DNA from: Candidatus Limnocylindrales bacterium
GTDB taxonomy: Bacteria > Chloroflexota > Limnocylindria > Limnocylindrales > CSP1-4
DNA: 63,640 nt
Assembly (NCBI GenBank): GCA_038237595.1
Contig: JBBRYO010000001.1
Coordinates: 1-63,640 of the forward strand
Reading direction: 5' to 3'
Of the stretch, positions 28,190 through 39,072 are shown in pieces. The first letter of the stretch is position 1; each line of letters opens with the position of its first letter. The position numbers were made by a program, and so were the translations under genes. The notes beneath the pieces are model-generated. The model searched no databases. It was not told where the DNA came from and worked only from the letters and a program-made list of their open reading frames with translations.

Positions 28190-29503
28190 TCAGCCGGCGG
28201 CGAGCACCTTGCGGAAGATGCCGAGGCCCTCCTGGATCTCGGCGGCATTGACGTCGAGCGGCGGGATCCAGCGCACGATGTTGTGTGCCGGGCCGCACGT
28301 CAGCAGCATCAGGCCCTCGTCGAGGCATCGGGCGATCGTGGCGTCCCCCATCGCCCCGTCGGGCTCCCGGGTCGCGCGGTCCTTGACGAACTCGACGGCG
28401 GTCATCAGGCCCGGGCCGCGCACGTCGCCGATCCGCGGATCACCTGCAGCCAGCTCACGCAGGCCGGCCAGCAGCTCAGCGCCGCGGGCAGCCGCGTTGG
28501 CGACCAAGCCTTCCTCGCGGATCACGTCCAGCACCGCGACACCGGCTGCACAGGCGACCGGATTGCCGCCGAACGTCGAGCCATGCGCGCCGCGTCCCCA
28601 GCGCTCCATCAGCTCGCGGCGCGAGACGATCGCCGCCAGCGGAAGGCCGTTGGCGATCGCCTTGGCCAGCGTGACCATGTCCGGCACGACCTCGGCGCCC
28701 TCGAAGGCCCACATGCGCCCGGTCCGGCCATAGCCGCACTGGACCTCGTCGCAGATCAGCAAGATCCCGTGTTCGTCGGCGATGCGCCGCAAGCCCTGGA
28801 GGAACGCCGCGGGTGCCGGAATGAAACCGCCCTCGCCCTGCACCGGTTCGATCAGGAATGCGGCGACCTCCTGCGGGGGAAGCTCGGTGGACAGCAGCCG
28901 GCGCACCTCCGCGAGGCACTCGTCTACCGCTCGCCCCTCGTCCCCGGCGAAGTCGCGGTAGACAGCGGGGAACGGCGCGATGTGGATGCCCGGCACGAAG
29001 GGTCCATGCCCGACGCGGTAGTTCAGGTTGGACGAGGTGGCGCTCAGTGAGGCGTAGGTGCGCCCGTGGAACGCGCCGCTGAACGCGATCACGTGGGTCC
29101 GTCCCGTGGTGCGTCGCGCGAGCTTGATGGCGCCCTCGATGGCCTCGGTGCCCGAGTTGCCGAAGAAGACCGAGTCGAGTGGAGCGGGCATGACGCCGGC
29201 GATCGCATCGGCAAGGGCGCTCACCGGCTCCATGTAGCCCAGGCCGCTGCACATGTGCCACAGGCGATCGAGCTGCGCGTGCGCGGCCGCCGCCACGCGC
29301 GGATGCCCGTGCCCGAGCACGGTGGTCGCGATCCCGCACGCGAAATCGAGGTGCGCCTTGCCGTCGGCGTCATAGACGCGGTGCCCTTCGCCGTGGTCCC
29401 AGGCACGCTGGAAGTAGCGCGCCATGACCGGCGAGAGATGGGCCTCGGACTGCGCGACGAGCTCCTCGGATTTGGCGGTGGTCGGGATCAACGTTTCGGT
29501 CAT
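28190..29503 (-). CDS. Class III PLP aminotransferase (GabT/ArgD-like)
   Basis: 437 aa. GHGHPRV, FFGNSGTEAIEGAIKLAR, DEVQCGYGRTG, and the PLP-lysine context VTLAKAIANGLPL. Confidence 0.85.
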   Translation of the reverse strand: MTETLIPTTAKSEELVAQSEAHLSPVMARYFQRAWDHGEGHRVYDADGKAHLDFACGIATTVLGHGHPRVAAAAHAQLDRLWHMCSGLGYMEPVSALADAIAGVMPAPLDSVFFGNSGTEAIEGAIKLARRTTGRTHVIAFSGAFHGRTYASLSATSSNLNYRVGHGPFVPGIHIAPFPAVYRDFAGDEGRAVDECLAEVRRLLSTELPPQEVAAFLIEPVQGEGGFIPAPAAFLQGLRRIADEHGILLICDEVQCGYGRTGRMWAFEGAEVVPDMVTLAKAIANGLPLAAIVSRRELMERWGRGAHGSTFGGNPVACAAGVAVLDVIREEGLVANAAARGAELLAGLRELAAGDPRIGDVRGPGLMTAVEFVKDRATREPDGAMGDATIARCLDEGLMLLTCGPAHNIVRWIPPLDVNAAEIQEGLGIFRKVLAAG

Positions 29504-29541
29504 GGCTCCTGTTTCCGTTCGTACTTGCTGGAATCCATCGG

Positions 29542-30255
29542 CTAGAAGCGCCGGCCGCGCTGGCGCTCGAGCGTGAAGCGGGCGGTGTCGGCGATCGCCA
29601 TGACGGCCATGGTTCCGGCCTGCACGGGATCGGTGACGACCAGATCCGCGGCGTCGGGCACCGACCCGACCATGTTCAGGCAGATCGTGGGAATGCCCGT
29701 GAGGCGCAGCTCCCGGACGGCGTTCGTGATATCGCCGCCCATGATCGAGCCCGCCAGCACCAGGATGTGGGCGCGTGGCAGGTCGGCCACCGCGCGGACG
29801 GCGGACGCAATCTCGGCCTCACCGACGAGCGCGATGGTATCGACGCTGATGCGCTCGCCGCGCAGGTTGTGGCGGTCCGCCTCGCTCACGGCTCCCAGGC
29901 TCACCTGGGCCACCTGCGCCCCACCGCCGATCACGATCACGCGCTTGCCGAAGATCTGGCCGAGGGTCGGCCTGGACTCGGCGATCGTGACGCCGGGAAC
30001 GCCACTCGCGGCGTCCGCGGCGTCCTGCGCGTCGCAATCGCGGAACTCGATGTCGAAGACGCGCGTGACGTCGGGCTCGCCCCGCGTCGCCGGAAAGGAA
30101 TTGACCGCGACCACCTCGGCGCCGCGCTGGCGAATGCGCACGAGGATCTCGACAAGGTCGGCATCCGCGGTCGCGCGCACGCTGATCGCGGACAGCACGT
30201 GGCCTTCCTCCGGAATCTGGAGGTCGGGAAGGTCGGAACGGGCCGCGTCGTCCAT
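29542..30255 (-). CDS. Uncharacterised protein: ACT-like N-terminal domain plus Rossmann-like C-terminal domain
   Basis: 237 aa. N-terminal beta-alpha-beta-like segment ([32 protein letters not shown]), then [43 protein letters not shown]. Family assignment not certain without an HMM search. Confidence 0.5.
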   Translation of the reverse strand: MDDAARSDLPDLQIPEEGHVLSAISVRATADADLVEILVRIRQRGAEVVAVNSFPATRGEPDVTRVFDIEFRDCDAQDAADAASGVPGVTIAESRPTLGQIFGKRVIVIGGGAQVAQVSLGAVSEADRHNLRGERISVDTIALVGEAEIASAVRAVADLPRAHILVLAGSIMGGDITNAVRELRLTGIPTICLNMVGSVPDAADLVVTDPVQAGTMAVMAIADTARFTLERQRGRRF

Positions 30256-30292
30256 CGGCCGAGTATGCAGTACGTCGTATAGTCATGCGGCC

Positions 30293-31396
30293 ATGACGGA
30301 GACCGTGACGCGCCCCGAATCCGCTTCCGCGCTCGCCCTCGGCGGGCGCGCCCGCATCCGCGTCGGCATCGTCGGCGCCACCGGATATGTCGGCGGCGAG
30401 TTGATCCGGCTGTTGGACCGGCATCCCTTCGTGCGCATCGTCGGACTGAGCGGCCGCGGCCGCGCGCAGGAAGCCGTCGGTTCGACCCACGCCCACCTCG
30501 GCCGCACTGGACACCGGGTGGACGCCGCGATCCCGGACGCGGATGCCGTCTTCCTGGCACTGCCCCACGGCGCGGCCGCGGCGCTGGTGCCGGACCTGAT
30601 CGCCAGGGGCACGGCCATCATCGACCTCGGGCCCGACTTCCGGCTGCGCGATCCCGCGGACTACCCGCGCTGGTACGGGTTCGAGCACCCGGCCCCCGAA
30701 CTCCTCGCCAAGGCCGTCTACGGCCTGCCGGAGCTGCACCGCGCGGAGCTCTTGGCGCTCGCCGACGCCGACACACAGATCGTCGGTTCACCGGGCTGCT
30801 TCCCGACGACGACGCTCCTCGCGCTTGCCCCGCTTGCCCGCGCGGGGCTCATCGACGACCTGGTGGTCGATGCCAAGTCGGGCGTCTCGGGTGCCGGTCG
30901 CGAGCCGAAGCCCGAGCTGACCTACTCGGAGGTCAACGAGAGCGTCCGGGCGTACGGCATCGGAGGGCATCGCCACGTCGCCGAGATCGAGCAGGAGCTC
31001 GGCCGTCTTTCGGAGCTCCCCGAGTCGAACCCGGGCGCGCGCAACGTCGACTTCCTGCCGCACCTCGTGCCCATGACGCGCGGCATCCTGTCGGCCTGCC
31101 ACGTCCGCCCCACACGACCGGTCGCCCAGGCTGAGCTGACGGCGCTCTACCGCGAGGCGTACCTGGACGAGCCCTTCGTCGAGGTCTCCGACCTGCCGGT
31201 GGCCACTGGCCAGGTGCTCGGCAGCAACTTCGCGCGGGTGCACGTCACGCTGGACGAGCGCAACGGCCGGGTGCTCGCGATCGGTGTCACGGACAACCTT
31301 GTCAAGGGAGCCGCCGGACAGGGCGTGCAGGCGTTCAACCTCGTGTTCGGTTTGCCCGAGACGGCCGGCCTCGAGCAGCTTCCACTGGCGCCCTGA
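30293..31396 (+). CDS. argC: N-acetyl-gamma-glutamyl-phosphate reductase
   Basis: ATG 30293 inside ORF 29573..31396. VGIVGATGYVGGELIRLL, catalytic Cys in SPGCFPTT, SGVSGAGR. Confidence 0.93.
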   Translation: MTETVTRPESASALALGGRARIRVGIVGATGYVGGELIRLLDRHPFVRIVGLSGRGRAQEAVGSTHAHLGRTGHRVDAAIPDADAVFLALPHGAAAALVPDLIARGTAIIDLGPDFRLRDPADYPRWYGFEHPAPELLAKAVYGLPELHRAELLALADADTQIVGSPGCFPTTTLLALAPLARAGLIDDLVVDAKSGVSGAGREPKPELTYSEVNESVRAYGIGGHRHVAEIEQELGRLSELPESNPGARNVDFLPHLVPMTRGILSACHVRPTRPVAQAELTALYREAYLDEPFVEVSDLPVATGQVLGSNFARVHVTLDERNGRVLAIGVTDNLVKGAAGQGVQAFNLVFGLPETAGLEQLPLAP

Positions 31397-31422
31397 CCGC
31401 TGATTTGCAAGGGACCCGAGCG

Positions 31423-32805
31423 ATGACGGTCGACCCCGCGGTCGCGCCCACGCCTGCGCTCGGGCCGTTGCCCGACGCGCTCCCGCCGGCCGAGGTACGC
31501 GCGCGCCTGCCGCGCGGCTTCCGCGTCGGCGCAGCAACGGCCGGGATCAAGGCCTCGGGCAAGCCCGACCTCGCGATCGTCGTCATGGAGCGTGGCCCGG
31601 CTTCCGTGGCCGCGACCTTCACGACCAACCAGGTGCCGGCCGCTCCGGTCGTGCTCAGCCGCCGGCATCTCGCCGCGACGTCCCCGGACGGCACCAGCGC
31701 CTATGGTCGCGTCGACGCAATCATCGCCACCAGCGGCTCGGCGAACGCGGCGACCGGCGCGCCGGGACAGGCCGACCAGCGGCAGCTGGCCAGGGTTCTG
31801 GCGACCGCGACGTCGACCATCCCCGAGCGAACGCTCGCGCTTTCGACGGGCATGATCGGCACGCGGCTGCCGGTGGACCTGATCGCGCCGGAGATCACGC
31901 GGCTGGTGACCTCGGGGCTCTCCTCCGAGGACGCCGCGCTCGCGGCCGTCGCGGAAGCGATGCGCACCACCGATTCGCGGCCCAAGCTGGCCACCGTCGC
32001 GATCGAGCTGCCGGGCCGCAGGGGCAGCCGCGAGCCGGTGCTCGTCAGCGGCGTCGCCAAGGGCGTGGGCATGATCCACCCGCGCATGGCCACGATGCTC
32101 GCGCTCGTGCTCACCGATGCGACCGTGGAGCCAGCAGCGCTGTCGTCGATGCTTCGCCCCGCCATGGCACGCACCTGGAACCAGCTCAGCGTGGACGGCG
32201 ACACCAGCACCAACGACACGGTCCTGCTCGTCGCGTCCGGAGCGTCTGGCGCGCTGCCGATCGCGGAGGGCTCGCCCGAGGCCGCCACGCTCGGCGCCGC
32301 TGTGGAGTCCGTGGCACGCTCGCTCGCCCGCCAGCAGGCAGCCGACGGCGAGGGCGCGACGACGCTCATCACCTGCCAGGTCAGCGGCGCCCGAGACGAT
32401 GCCGACGCACGCGCGGTCGCGAGGTCCGTGGTGAGCAGCAGTCTCGTCAAGGCAGCAGTCCACGGCCACGACCCCAACTGGGGCCGTGTGGCGGGAGCCG
32501 CGGGAAATGCCCACCTCGCCGATGCCACCTCCCTCGAGGCCGCCGGCCTGCCACGCCAGGAAGCCGAGCAAAGGGGCGGCGGGATCGTGAGGCTCGACCC
32601 CGCGGCGCTGCGCATCGGGATCTGCGGCGCCGACGTCTTCGCCGGTGTGCCGCTCGCCTTCGACCGGGGGGCGGTCTCGGCTGCCATGCAGGCGCACGAA
32701 GTGCTCATCCGGGTCGACCTCGGGGCAGGCACCGGGTCCGGCGAGGCCTTCGGCTGCGACCTGACCGAGGCGTACGTCATCGAGAACTCGGAGTACTCCA
32801 CGTGA
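31423..32805 (+). CDS. argJ: Bifunctional glutamate N-acetyltransferase / amino-acid acetyltransferase
   Basis: Autoprocessing site PRMATMLALVLTDA and the C-terminal ...CDLTEAYVIENSEYST. ATG 31423 preferred over TTG 31405. Confidence 0.92.
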   Translation: MTVDPAVAPTPALGPLPDALPPAEVRARLPRGFRVGAATAGIKASGKPDLAIVVMERGPASVAATFTTNQVPAAPVVLSRRHLAATSPDGTSAYGRVDAIIATSGSANAATGAPGQADQRQLARVLATATSTIPERTLALSTGMIGTRLPVDLIAPEITRLVTSGLSSEDAALAAVAEAMRTTDSRPKLATVAIELPGRRGSREPVLVSGVAKGVGMIHPRMATMLALVLTDATVEPAALSSMLRPAMARTWNQLSVDGDTSTNDTVLLVASGASGALPIAEGSPEAATLGAAVESVARSLARQQAADGEGATTLITCQVSGARDDADARAVARSVVSSSLVKAAVHGHDPNWGRVAGAAGNAHLADATSLEAAGLPRQEAEQRGGGIVRLDPAALRIGICGADVFAGVPLAFDRGAVSAAMQAHEVLIRVDLGAGTGSGEAFGCDLTEAYVIENSEYST

Positions 32806-33635
32806 CGCTCGCAACCGAGGCGCCGCCGGCCCGCGAGTTGCTCGTCGTCAAGCTCGGCGGCACGACCCTCGCCGAGCAGCGCTCGGTGCTGGAGGAGGCC
32901 GCGACCGTCGCCGCGACGCGCGACGCGGTGCTGGTGCATGGCGGTGGCAAGCGGCTCTCCGAATGGCTCGAGCGGCTGGGCGTTGAGAGCCACTTCGCCG
33001 ACGGGCTTCGCATCACCAACGATGCGACATTGGAGGTCGCCCTGGCGGTCCTGCGCGGCGTGGTCAACGGCGAGCTGGTGGCGGCGCTCCAGAGCACGGG
33101 CGTGGACGCGGTCGGCATCTCTGGGATCGACGGTGGGCTGCTCATCGCGGAGCGCGTGCCCGATCTCGGCCGCGTGGCCACCGTCACCGGCGTCCGGCCA
33201 GCCGTGCTCTATGCGCTGTGGGCCGCCGGCAAGGTTCCGGTGGTGGCGCCGCTCGCCATGGACCAGGCGGGAGTCATCTGCAACGTCAACGCCGACGACC
33301 TCGCAGCGGGACTGGCGGGCGGGCTGCACGCGCGCCTGGTGCTGCTCACCGACACGGACGGCGTGCGCGATGCGAAGGGCAACCGCGTCCCGGTCCTCGA
33401 TGAGGCAGCGGCGGAAAAGCTCATCGAGAAGGGCGTCATCTCCGGCGGCATGCTGCCGAAGGTGCGGTCGAGCCTCCGCGCGCTGAGCTGGTCAGGCGCC
33501 GAGGCCGTGATCGTGGACGGCGGTGCCCACGCGGCGCTCAGCCGCGCGCTGGACGACCCGAGCTTCGGGACCCGATTGCGAGGGGAAGCTGCACCGGCTC
33601 CGGAGAGCCGAGGGAAACGCGCCGAGGCCGGATGA
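32802..33635 (+). CDS. argB: Acetylglutamate kinase
   Basis: GTG 32802 overlaps the argJ stop. LLVVKLGGTTL, VLVHGGGKRLSEW, NVNADDLA. Confidence 0.92.
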   Translation: MTLATEAPPARELLVVKLGGTTLAEQRSVLEEAATVAATRDAVLVHGGGKRLSEWLERLGVESHFADGLRITNDATLEVALAVLRGVVNGELVAALQSTGVDAVGISGIDGGLLIAERVPDLGRVATVTGVRPAVLYALWAAGKVPVVAPLAMDQAGVICNVNADDLAAGLAGGLHARLVLLTDTDGVRDAKGNRVPVLDEAAAEKLIEKGVISGGMLPKVRSSLRALSWSGAEAVIVDGGAHAALSRALDDPSFGTRLRGEAAPAPESRGKRAEAG

Positions 33636-34563
33636 GCCGCAACAGGACCGCCATCTGGACCCACATGCGGTTCTCCGCCTGGTCGAGGACAACGCTCCGC
33701 GGTCCATCGAGCACCTCGGAGGCGATCTCCTCTCCGCGATGGGCGGGCAGGCAGTGCATCACGATCGCGTCGGGGGCATGGCTCAGCAGCTCCGTATTGA
33801 CGGCGTATGGCGCAAAGGCAATCCGGCGGACGTCCGCCTCGTCCTCTTGGCCCATGCTTGTCCAGACGTCCGTATAGACCGCGTCGGCGCCCGCGACGCC
33901 AGCCACAGGATCGTGGCCGAGCTCGATCGTCGCGCCGCTGTCGTGCCCCAGCGAGATCGCGCGATCCACGATCGACGCGTCCGGCTCGTACTCCGGCGGG
34001 GTCACCACCCGGACATTGAGCCCGAGCGAGGCTGCCACCAGCATCAGCGATGCTGCCACGTTGTTGCCGTCGCCCACGAAGACAAGCTGGCGGCCGGCGA
34101 AATCGCCGAGCTCCTCGCGGAGCGTCATCGCGTCCGCCAGCGCCTGGCAGGGATGCTCGACGTCGCTCAGCGCGTTTATCACGGGGATCGACGCGACCGA
34201 GACCATCTCCTCGAGCACATCGTGGTCGTTGACGCGGGCCACGATGGCGTCGACGTACCGCTCCAGCGTGAGGACCGCGTCCTTGACCGCCTCGCGCGTG
34301 CCGAGTCCGATCTCGTTCGCGTTGAGGACGACCGGCGTGCCGCCCAGCCGCGCCACGCCCACCTCGAAGCTGACCCGCGTACGCAGGCTCGGCTTCTGGA
34401 AGATCAACGCGACCGAGCGGCCCGCCAGGGGAGCGCTGCCGGCCGAGGGAGAGCGGCCGCTTTTCAGCGCAACGGCAGAGTCGAGAACCTCCGCGATGGC
34501 CTCGGGGTCGAGGTCATCTATCGAGAGCAGGCGGCCCGAAGAGCGGGCGAACGGGATCGTCAT
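33538..34563 (-). CDS. argF: Ornithine carbamoyltransferase
   Basis: FQKPSLRTRVSFE, HPCQALAD, HCLPAHRGEE. The 3' end overlaps the argB 3' end by 98 nt. Confidence 0.93.
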   Translation of the reverse strand: MTIPFARSSGRLLSIDDLDPEAIAEVLDSAVALKSGRSPSAGSAPLAGRSVALIFQKPSLRTRVSFEVGVARLGGTPVVLNANEIGLGTREAVKDAVLTLERYVDAIVARVNDHDVLEEMVSVASIPVINALSDVEHPCQALADAMTLREELGDFAGRQLVFVGDGNNVAASLMLVAASLGLNVRVVTPPEYEPDASIVDRAISLGHDSGATIELGHDPVAGVAGADAVYTDVWTSMGQEDEADVRRIAFAPYAVNTELLSHAPDAIVMHCLPAHRGEEIASEVLDGPRSVVLDQAENRMWVQMAVLLRLIRPRRVSLGSPEPVQLPLAIGSRSSGRPARG

Positions 34564-34582
34564 GGGCGAAGGATGACAGGTC

Positions 34583-34628
34583 TTGCATGTCTATGCAATA
34601 CTGATGCCTGCGACGCATGTTAATGCAG
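34583..34628. promoter_or_regulatory. Two palindromic ARG-box-like operators in the argF/argG divergent region
   Basis: Box 1 is TTGCAT-gtct-ATGCAA (34583-34598, perfect arms). Box 2 is GCAT-gtta-ATGC (34615-34626). The centres are 30 bp apart. TTGCAT...ATGCAA matches the ARG-box half-sites reported for Gram-positive/actinobacterial ArgR. An argR gene is present at 48185. Confidence 0.6.
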
Positions 34629-34795
34629 GACCGCGAGCCGCCACTGCGCCGTCTCTCGCCTCCTCGGGGCGCTCGAACTGGGTCGGGCGCCCTACCCTCC
34701 CGATCTGCGCAGCAGAGGGCAAGCGAGCGAGGGTAGGATGCGGCCGGCATCCGGACGGACCCGCGTGCCGGGCACCAGTCCACTGGAGGGTTCCG

Positions 34796-36067
<1,272 letters not shown>

Positions 36068-36089
36068 CTGGCCTCATCGGAGGGCGACC

Positions 36090-37526
36090 GTGAAGGCATG
36101 GGGCGGCCGATTCGCCGGTGAGACCGATCCGCTCGCGGCCGATTTCGGTCGCTCGATCGAGACGGACCACGAGCTCGCGCTCGAGGACCTGGCGGGCACC
36201 ATCGCGCACGTCCGCGCGCTGTGGCGCGCGCGGCTCCTGACGCCGTCCGAAGCGGCGACGCTGATCGACGGCCTGCGGGCACTCGAGGGAGAGGTTCGCG
36301 AGGGAACGGTGGGCTGGGACCCCGACCTCGAGGACATCCATCTCAACCTCGAGATGGCGCTCGTCGCCCGCGTCGGGCCGATCGCCCGGAAGGTCCACAC
36401 CGGGCGCTCGCGCAACGACCAGGTGACCACGGATCTGCGCCTCTGGCTGCGCCGGCGCGTCGCCACCCTGGACGAGGCGATCGTCGAGATGGAGCGCGCG
36501 CTGGTGGGGCTCGGGCGGCGCGAGATCGAGACGGTGATGCCGGCGCACACCCATGTCCAGCCCGCGCAGCCGGTCCTCTTCGCGCACCACATGCTCGCCT
36601 ATGTCGAGATGCTGGAGCGCGACCGCGGGCGCTTCGCCGACGCGATGCGCCGCGCCAACGTCTCGCCCCTCGGCTCGGGCGCGATCGCCGGCACCGGCTA
36701 CCCGATCGATCGCGCGGGCGTCGCCGACGAGCTCGGCTTCAAGGGCATCACCCGGAACTCGATCGACGCCGTCGGCGACCGCGATTTCGTGGTGGAGGCG
36801 CTCGGCGCGGCCGCCCTGGCGATGCTCCATCTCTCGCGCCTCGCCGAGGAGATCGTGTGGTGGTCGCACCCGCGTTTCGGATGGGTGCGCGTTTCGGACG
36901 CCTTCTCGACCGGCTCCTCGATGATGCCCAACAAGCGCAACCCGGATCCCGCCGAGCTGGTGCGCGGCCGTGCCGCCCGGGTGATCGGGCACCTCACCGG
37001 GACCCTGGCACTCCTCAAGGGACTGCCCGCGGGCTACCAGCGCGATCTCCAGGAGGACAAGCCGCCCCTCTTCGAGTCGCTGGCCGTGCTGGAGGCCTCG
37101 CTCGGCGTCATGGCCCCGCTGGTCGCCTCGCTGAGCGTGGATCGCGACCGCATGCGGGAGGCGGCGAACGAAGGCCACATCACTGCCACCGCGATCGCCG
37201 ATGCCATCGTCGAGGAAGGCGTCGCGTTCCGCGACGCGCACCACGTGGTGGGGCGCCTGGTTGCCGCGGCAGAGCTGCGCGGCGTGCCGCTCGACGAGCT
37301 CACGGACGCGGCGGTATCGGCTTCGCTGGCTGCTTCCGACGACGAGGCGGCACGCGCCCTGGCCGAGGATCCGGGGATCGGGGCCCGCGTGCGGACCGCG
37401 GCCGCCCTTGACGGCGCCATGGCACGCTGCGACGTGGTCGGCGGCACGGCCCCCGGTCGGGTCCGCGCCGAGCTCGACGCCGCATCGATCCGCCTCGGCC
37501 TCACCGCGGCGACAGGCGCGCCGTAG
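36090..37526 (+). CDS. argH: Argininosuccinate lyase
   Basis: 478 aa. MKAWGGRF, TGRSRNDQV, GSSMMPNKRNPD. Confidence 0.95.
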   Translation: MKAWGGRFAGETDPLAADFGRSIETDHELALEDLAGTIAHVRALWRARLLTPSEAATLIDGLRALEGEVREGTVGWDPDLEDIHLNLEMALVARVGPIARKVHTGRSRNDQVTTDLRLWLRRRVATLDEAIVEMERALVGLGRREIETVMPAHTHVQPAQPVLFAHHMLAYVEMLERDRGRFADAMRRANVSPLGSGAIAGTGYPIDRAGVADELGFKGITRNSIDAVGDRDFVVEALGAAALAMLHLSRLAEEIVWWSHPRFGWVRVSDAFSTGSSMMPNKRNPDPAELVRGRAARVIGHLTGTLALLKGLPAGYQRDLQEDKPPLFESLAVLEASLGVMAPLVASLSVDRDRMREAANEGHITATAIADAIVEEGVAFRDAHHVVGRLVAAAELRGVPLDELTDAAVSASLAASDDEAARALAEDPGIGARVRTAAALDGAMARCDVVGGTAPGRVRAELDAASIRLGLTAATGAP

Positions 37527-37710
37527 GGCTTGCGGCCAGGGAGTTCTCGGACCCGTGTCGCCGGGTCCGGGGAAGCGGCGCGTTCGACATCTCCCCGACG
37601 GCGGCCCATTTCGACGTTTCGGGACGACGACCTGGACGGGAGGGCCCGCCTTCCTCCAGACCAGCGACTCGTTCTAGACGTAGAAGACGGATTGCCCACC
37701 GCGCGGGCAG

Positions 37711-39072
37711 TCAGGCGGGGATGGCCTGACGGGCCAGCTGCTCCCCGGGGTCGAGAGGCGGACGCGCGAGATGGGCACGGCCACCGAGGACGACCACTTC
37801 GGCGGGACCGGGATGCGAGAGGAAGTACGGCATCGACTCGGTGAAGCCGTAAGCGCCCGCGTCCAGGATGGCCAGCAGGTCCCCGCTGCGCGGCTCGGGC
37901 AACCGAACGCCCGTCGCCAGCACGTCGAGGCCGGTGCACAGCGGTCCCACGACGTCGACCGTCACCTCGCAGGCTTCCACGGCGCCAGCTTCGACAGCAC
38001 GGCCGCCGACTGCTACGACCCGCTGCTCCTGTCCCATCAGGGCCGGCCGCGCGAGGTGATGCATGCCGCCATCCACGACCGCGATCTTCCGGCCGTGCCG
38101 TGCCTTGGTGCGGGTGACCCGCATCAGGAATGCGCCAGTGGGCCCTGCCAGGAACCGGCCGGGCTCGAGCAGGAGGCGCGCCCCGGAGAGCGGTTCGCGC
38201 AACGGCCAGGTCGCAAGCTCTTGAGCGAGGCCACTCCCGAACCCGGCGAGGTCAAGCTCGTGCTCGCCGTCGCCGTACGGAATGCCGAGTCCCCCGCCGC
38301 CATCCAGCAGTTCGACCGCGAGGCCATGCCGACTGGCGGACTCCTCGGAACGCGCCGCCAGCCGGCGGATGCCATCGATGAGGCCCGCGGGATCAAGCAT
38401 GTTCGAGGCGCCGAAGGCGTGCAGTCCGAGCAGCCGGAACGGAGCGCCGTGATCGCCGATCGCGCCGGCGCGGTGAAGCCGGTCTATCGCCTCATCGACC
38501 TCGTCGGGCGTCAACCCGAACTTGGCCGAGCCTGGGCCGCCGATGATCGGCCGATCCTCGCTCGAGCCGTCGATCGCCAGGCGCAGCAGGAGGCCCTGGC
38601 CCGGGCGAGCCAGGTCGGCCAGGTCGATCACGACGTCGAGCTCGTCGAGCGATTCGATCGTGAGCGCGCGGATGCCGAGCCGCAGCGCACGGCCCAGCTC
38701 TGCGTCGGTCTTGCCGGGCCCCGTGAAGACGATGCGGTCGGCCGGGATGCCGGCAACGATCGCAGCCTCGAGCTCCCCGCCTGACGCGACGTCGGCACCG
38801 ACCCCGAGCCGCCCGAGGTGCGCGAGCACGGCCAGCGACGGGTTGGCCTTGACGGCGAAGGCAAGGTCGACGCTTGGCGGGAGTGAGGCGCGCAGCAGCT
38901 CGACGCGGGCCGTCAGGGCGTCGAGGTCGTAGACAAAGAGCGGCGACCCGTACGCCGCGACCAGAGCCCCGGGATCGAGCCCCGCCACGCCCGGACCGAC
39001 CTCGATGCGGGGATGCGATGCAGACTCCGCCAGGGCGGTTTCGGAACGGACGCGCTCAAGGATCGCGCTCAT
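37711..39072 (-). CDS. lysA: Diaminopimelate decarboxylase
   Basis: 453 aa. PLP-lysine context FAVKANP, GADVASGGEL, and the C-terminal beta-barrel region ...CTGLDVL...GAYGF. Confidence 0.9.
   Translation of the reverse strand: MSAILERVRSETALAESASHPRIEVGPGVAGLDPGALVAAYGSPLFVYDLDALTARVELLRASLPPSVDLAFAVKANPSLAVLAHLGRLGVGADVASGGELEAAIVAGIPADRIVFTGPGKTDAELGRALRLGIRALTIESLDELDVVIDLADLARPGQGLLLRLAIDGSSEDRPIIGGPGSAKFGLTPDEVDEAIDRLHRAGAIGDHGAPFRLLGLHAFGASNMLDPAGLIDGIRRLAARSEESASRHGLAVELLDGGGGLGIPYGDGEHELDLAGFGSGLAQELATWPLREPLSGARLLLEPGRFLAGPTGAFLMRVTRTKARHGRKIAVVDGGMHHLARPALMGQEQRVVAVGGRAVEAGAVEACEVTVDVVGPLCTGLDVLATGVRLPEPRSGDLLAILDAGAYGFTESMPYFLSHPGPAEVVVLGGRAHLARPPLDPGEQLARQAIPA

Noticed and set aside
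37527-37710. Terminator between convergent argH and lysA (hairpin CGGACCC...GGGTCCG at about 37548-37569).
   Set aside because: It has only a 7-bp stem and no T-tract on either strand, which is too weak to report as a feature.
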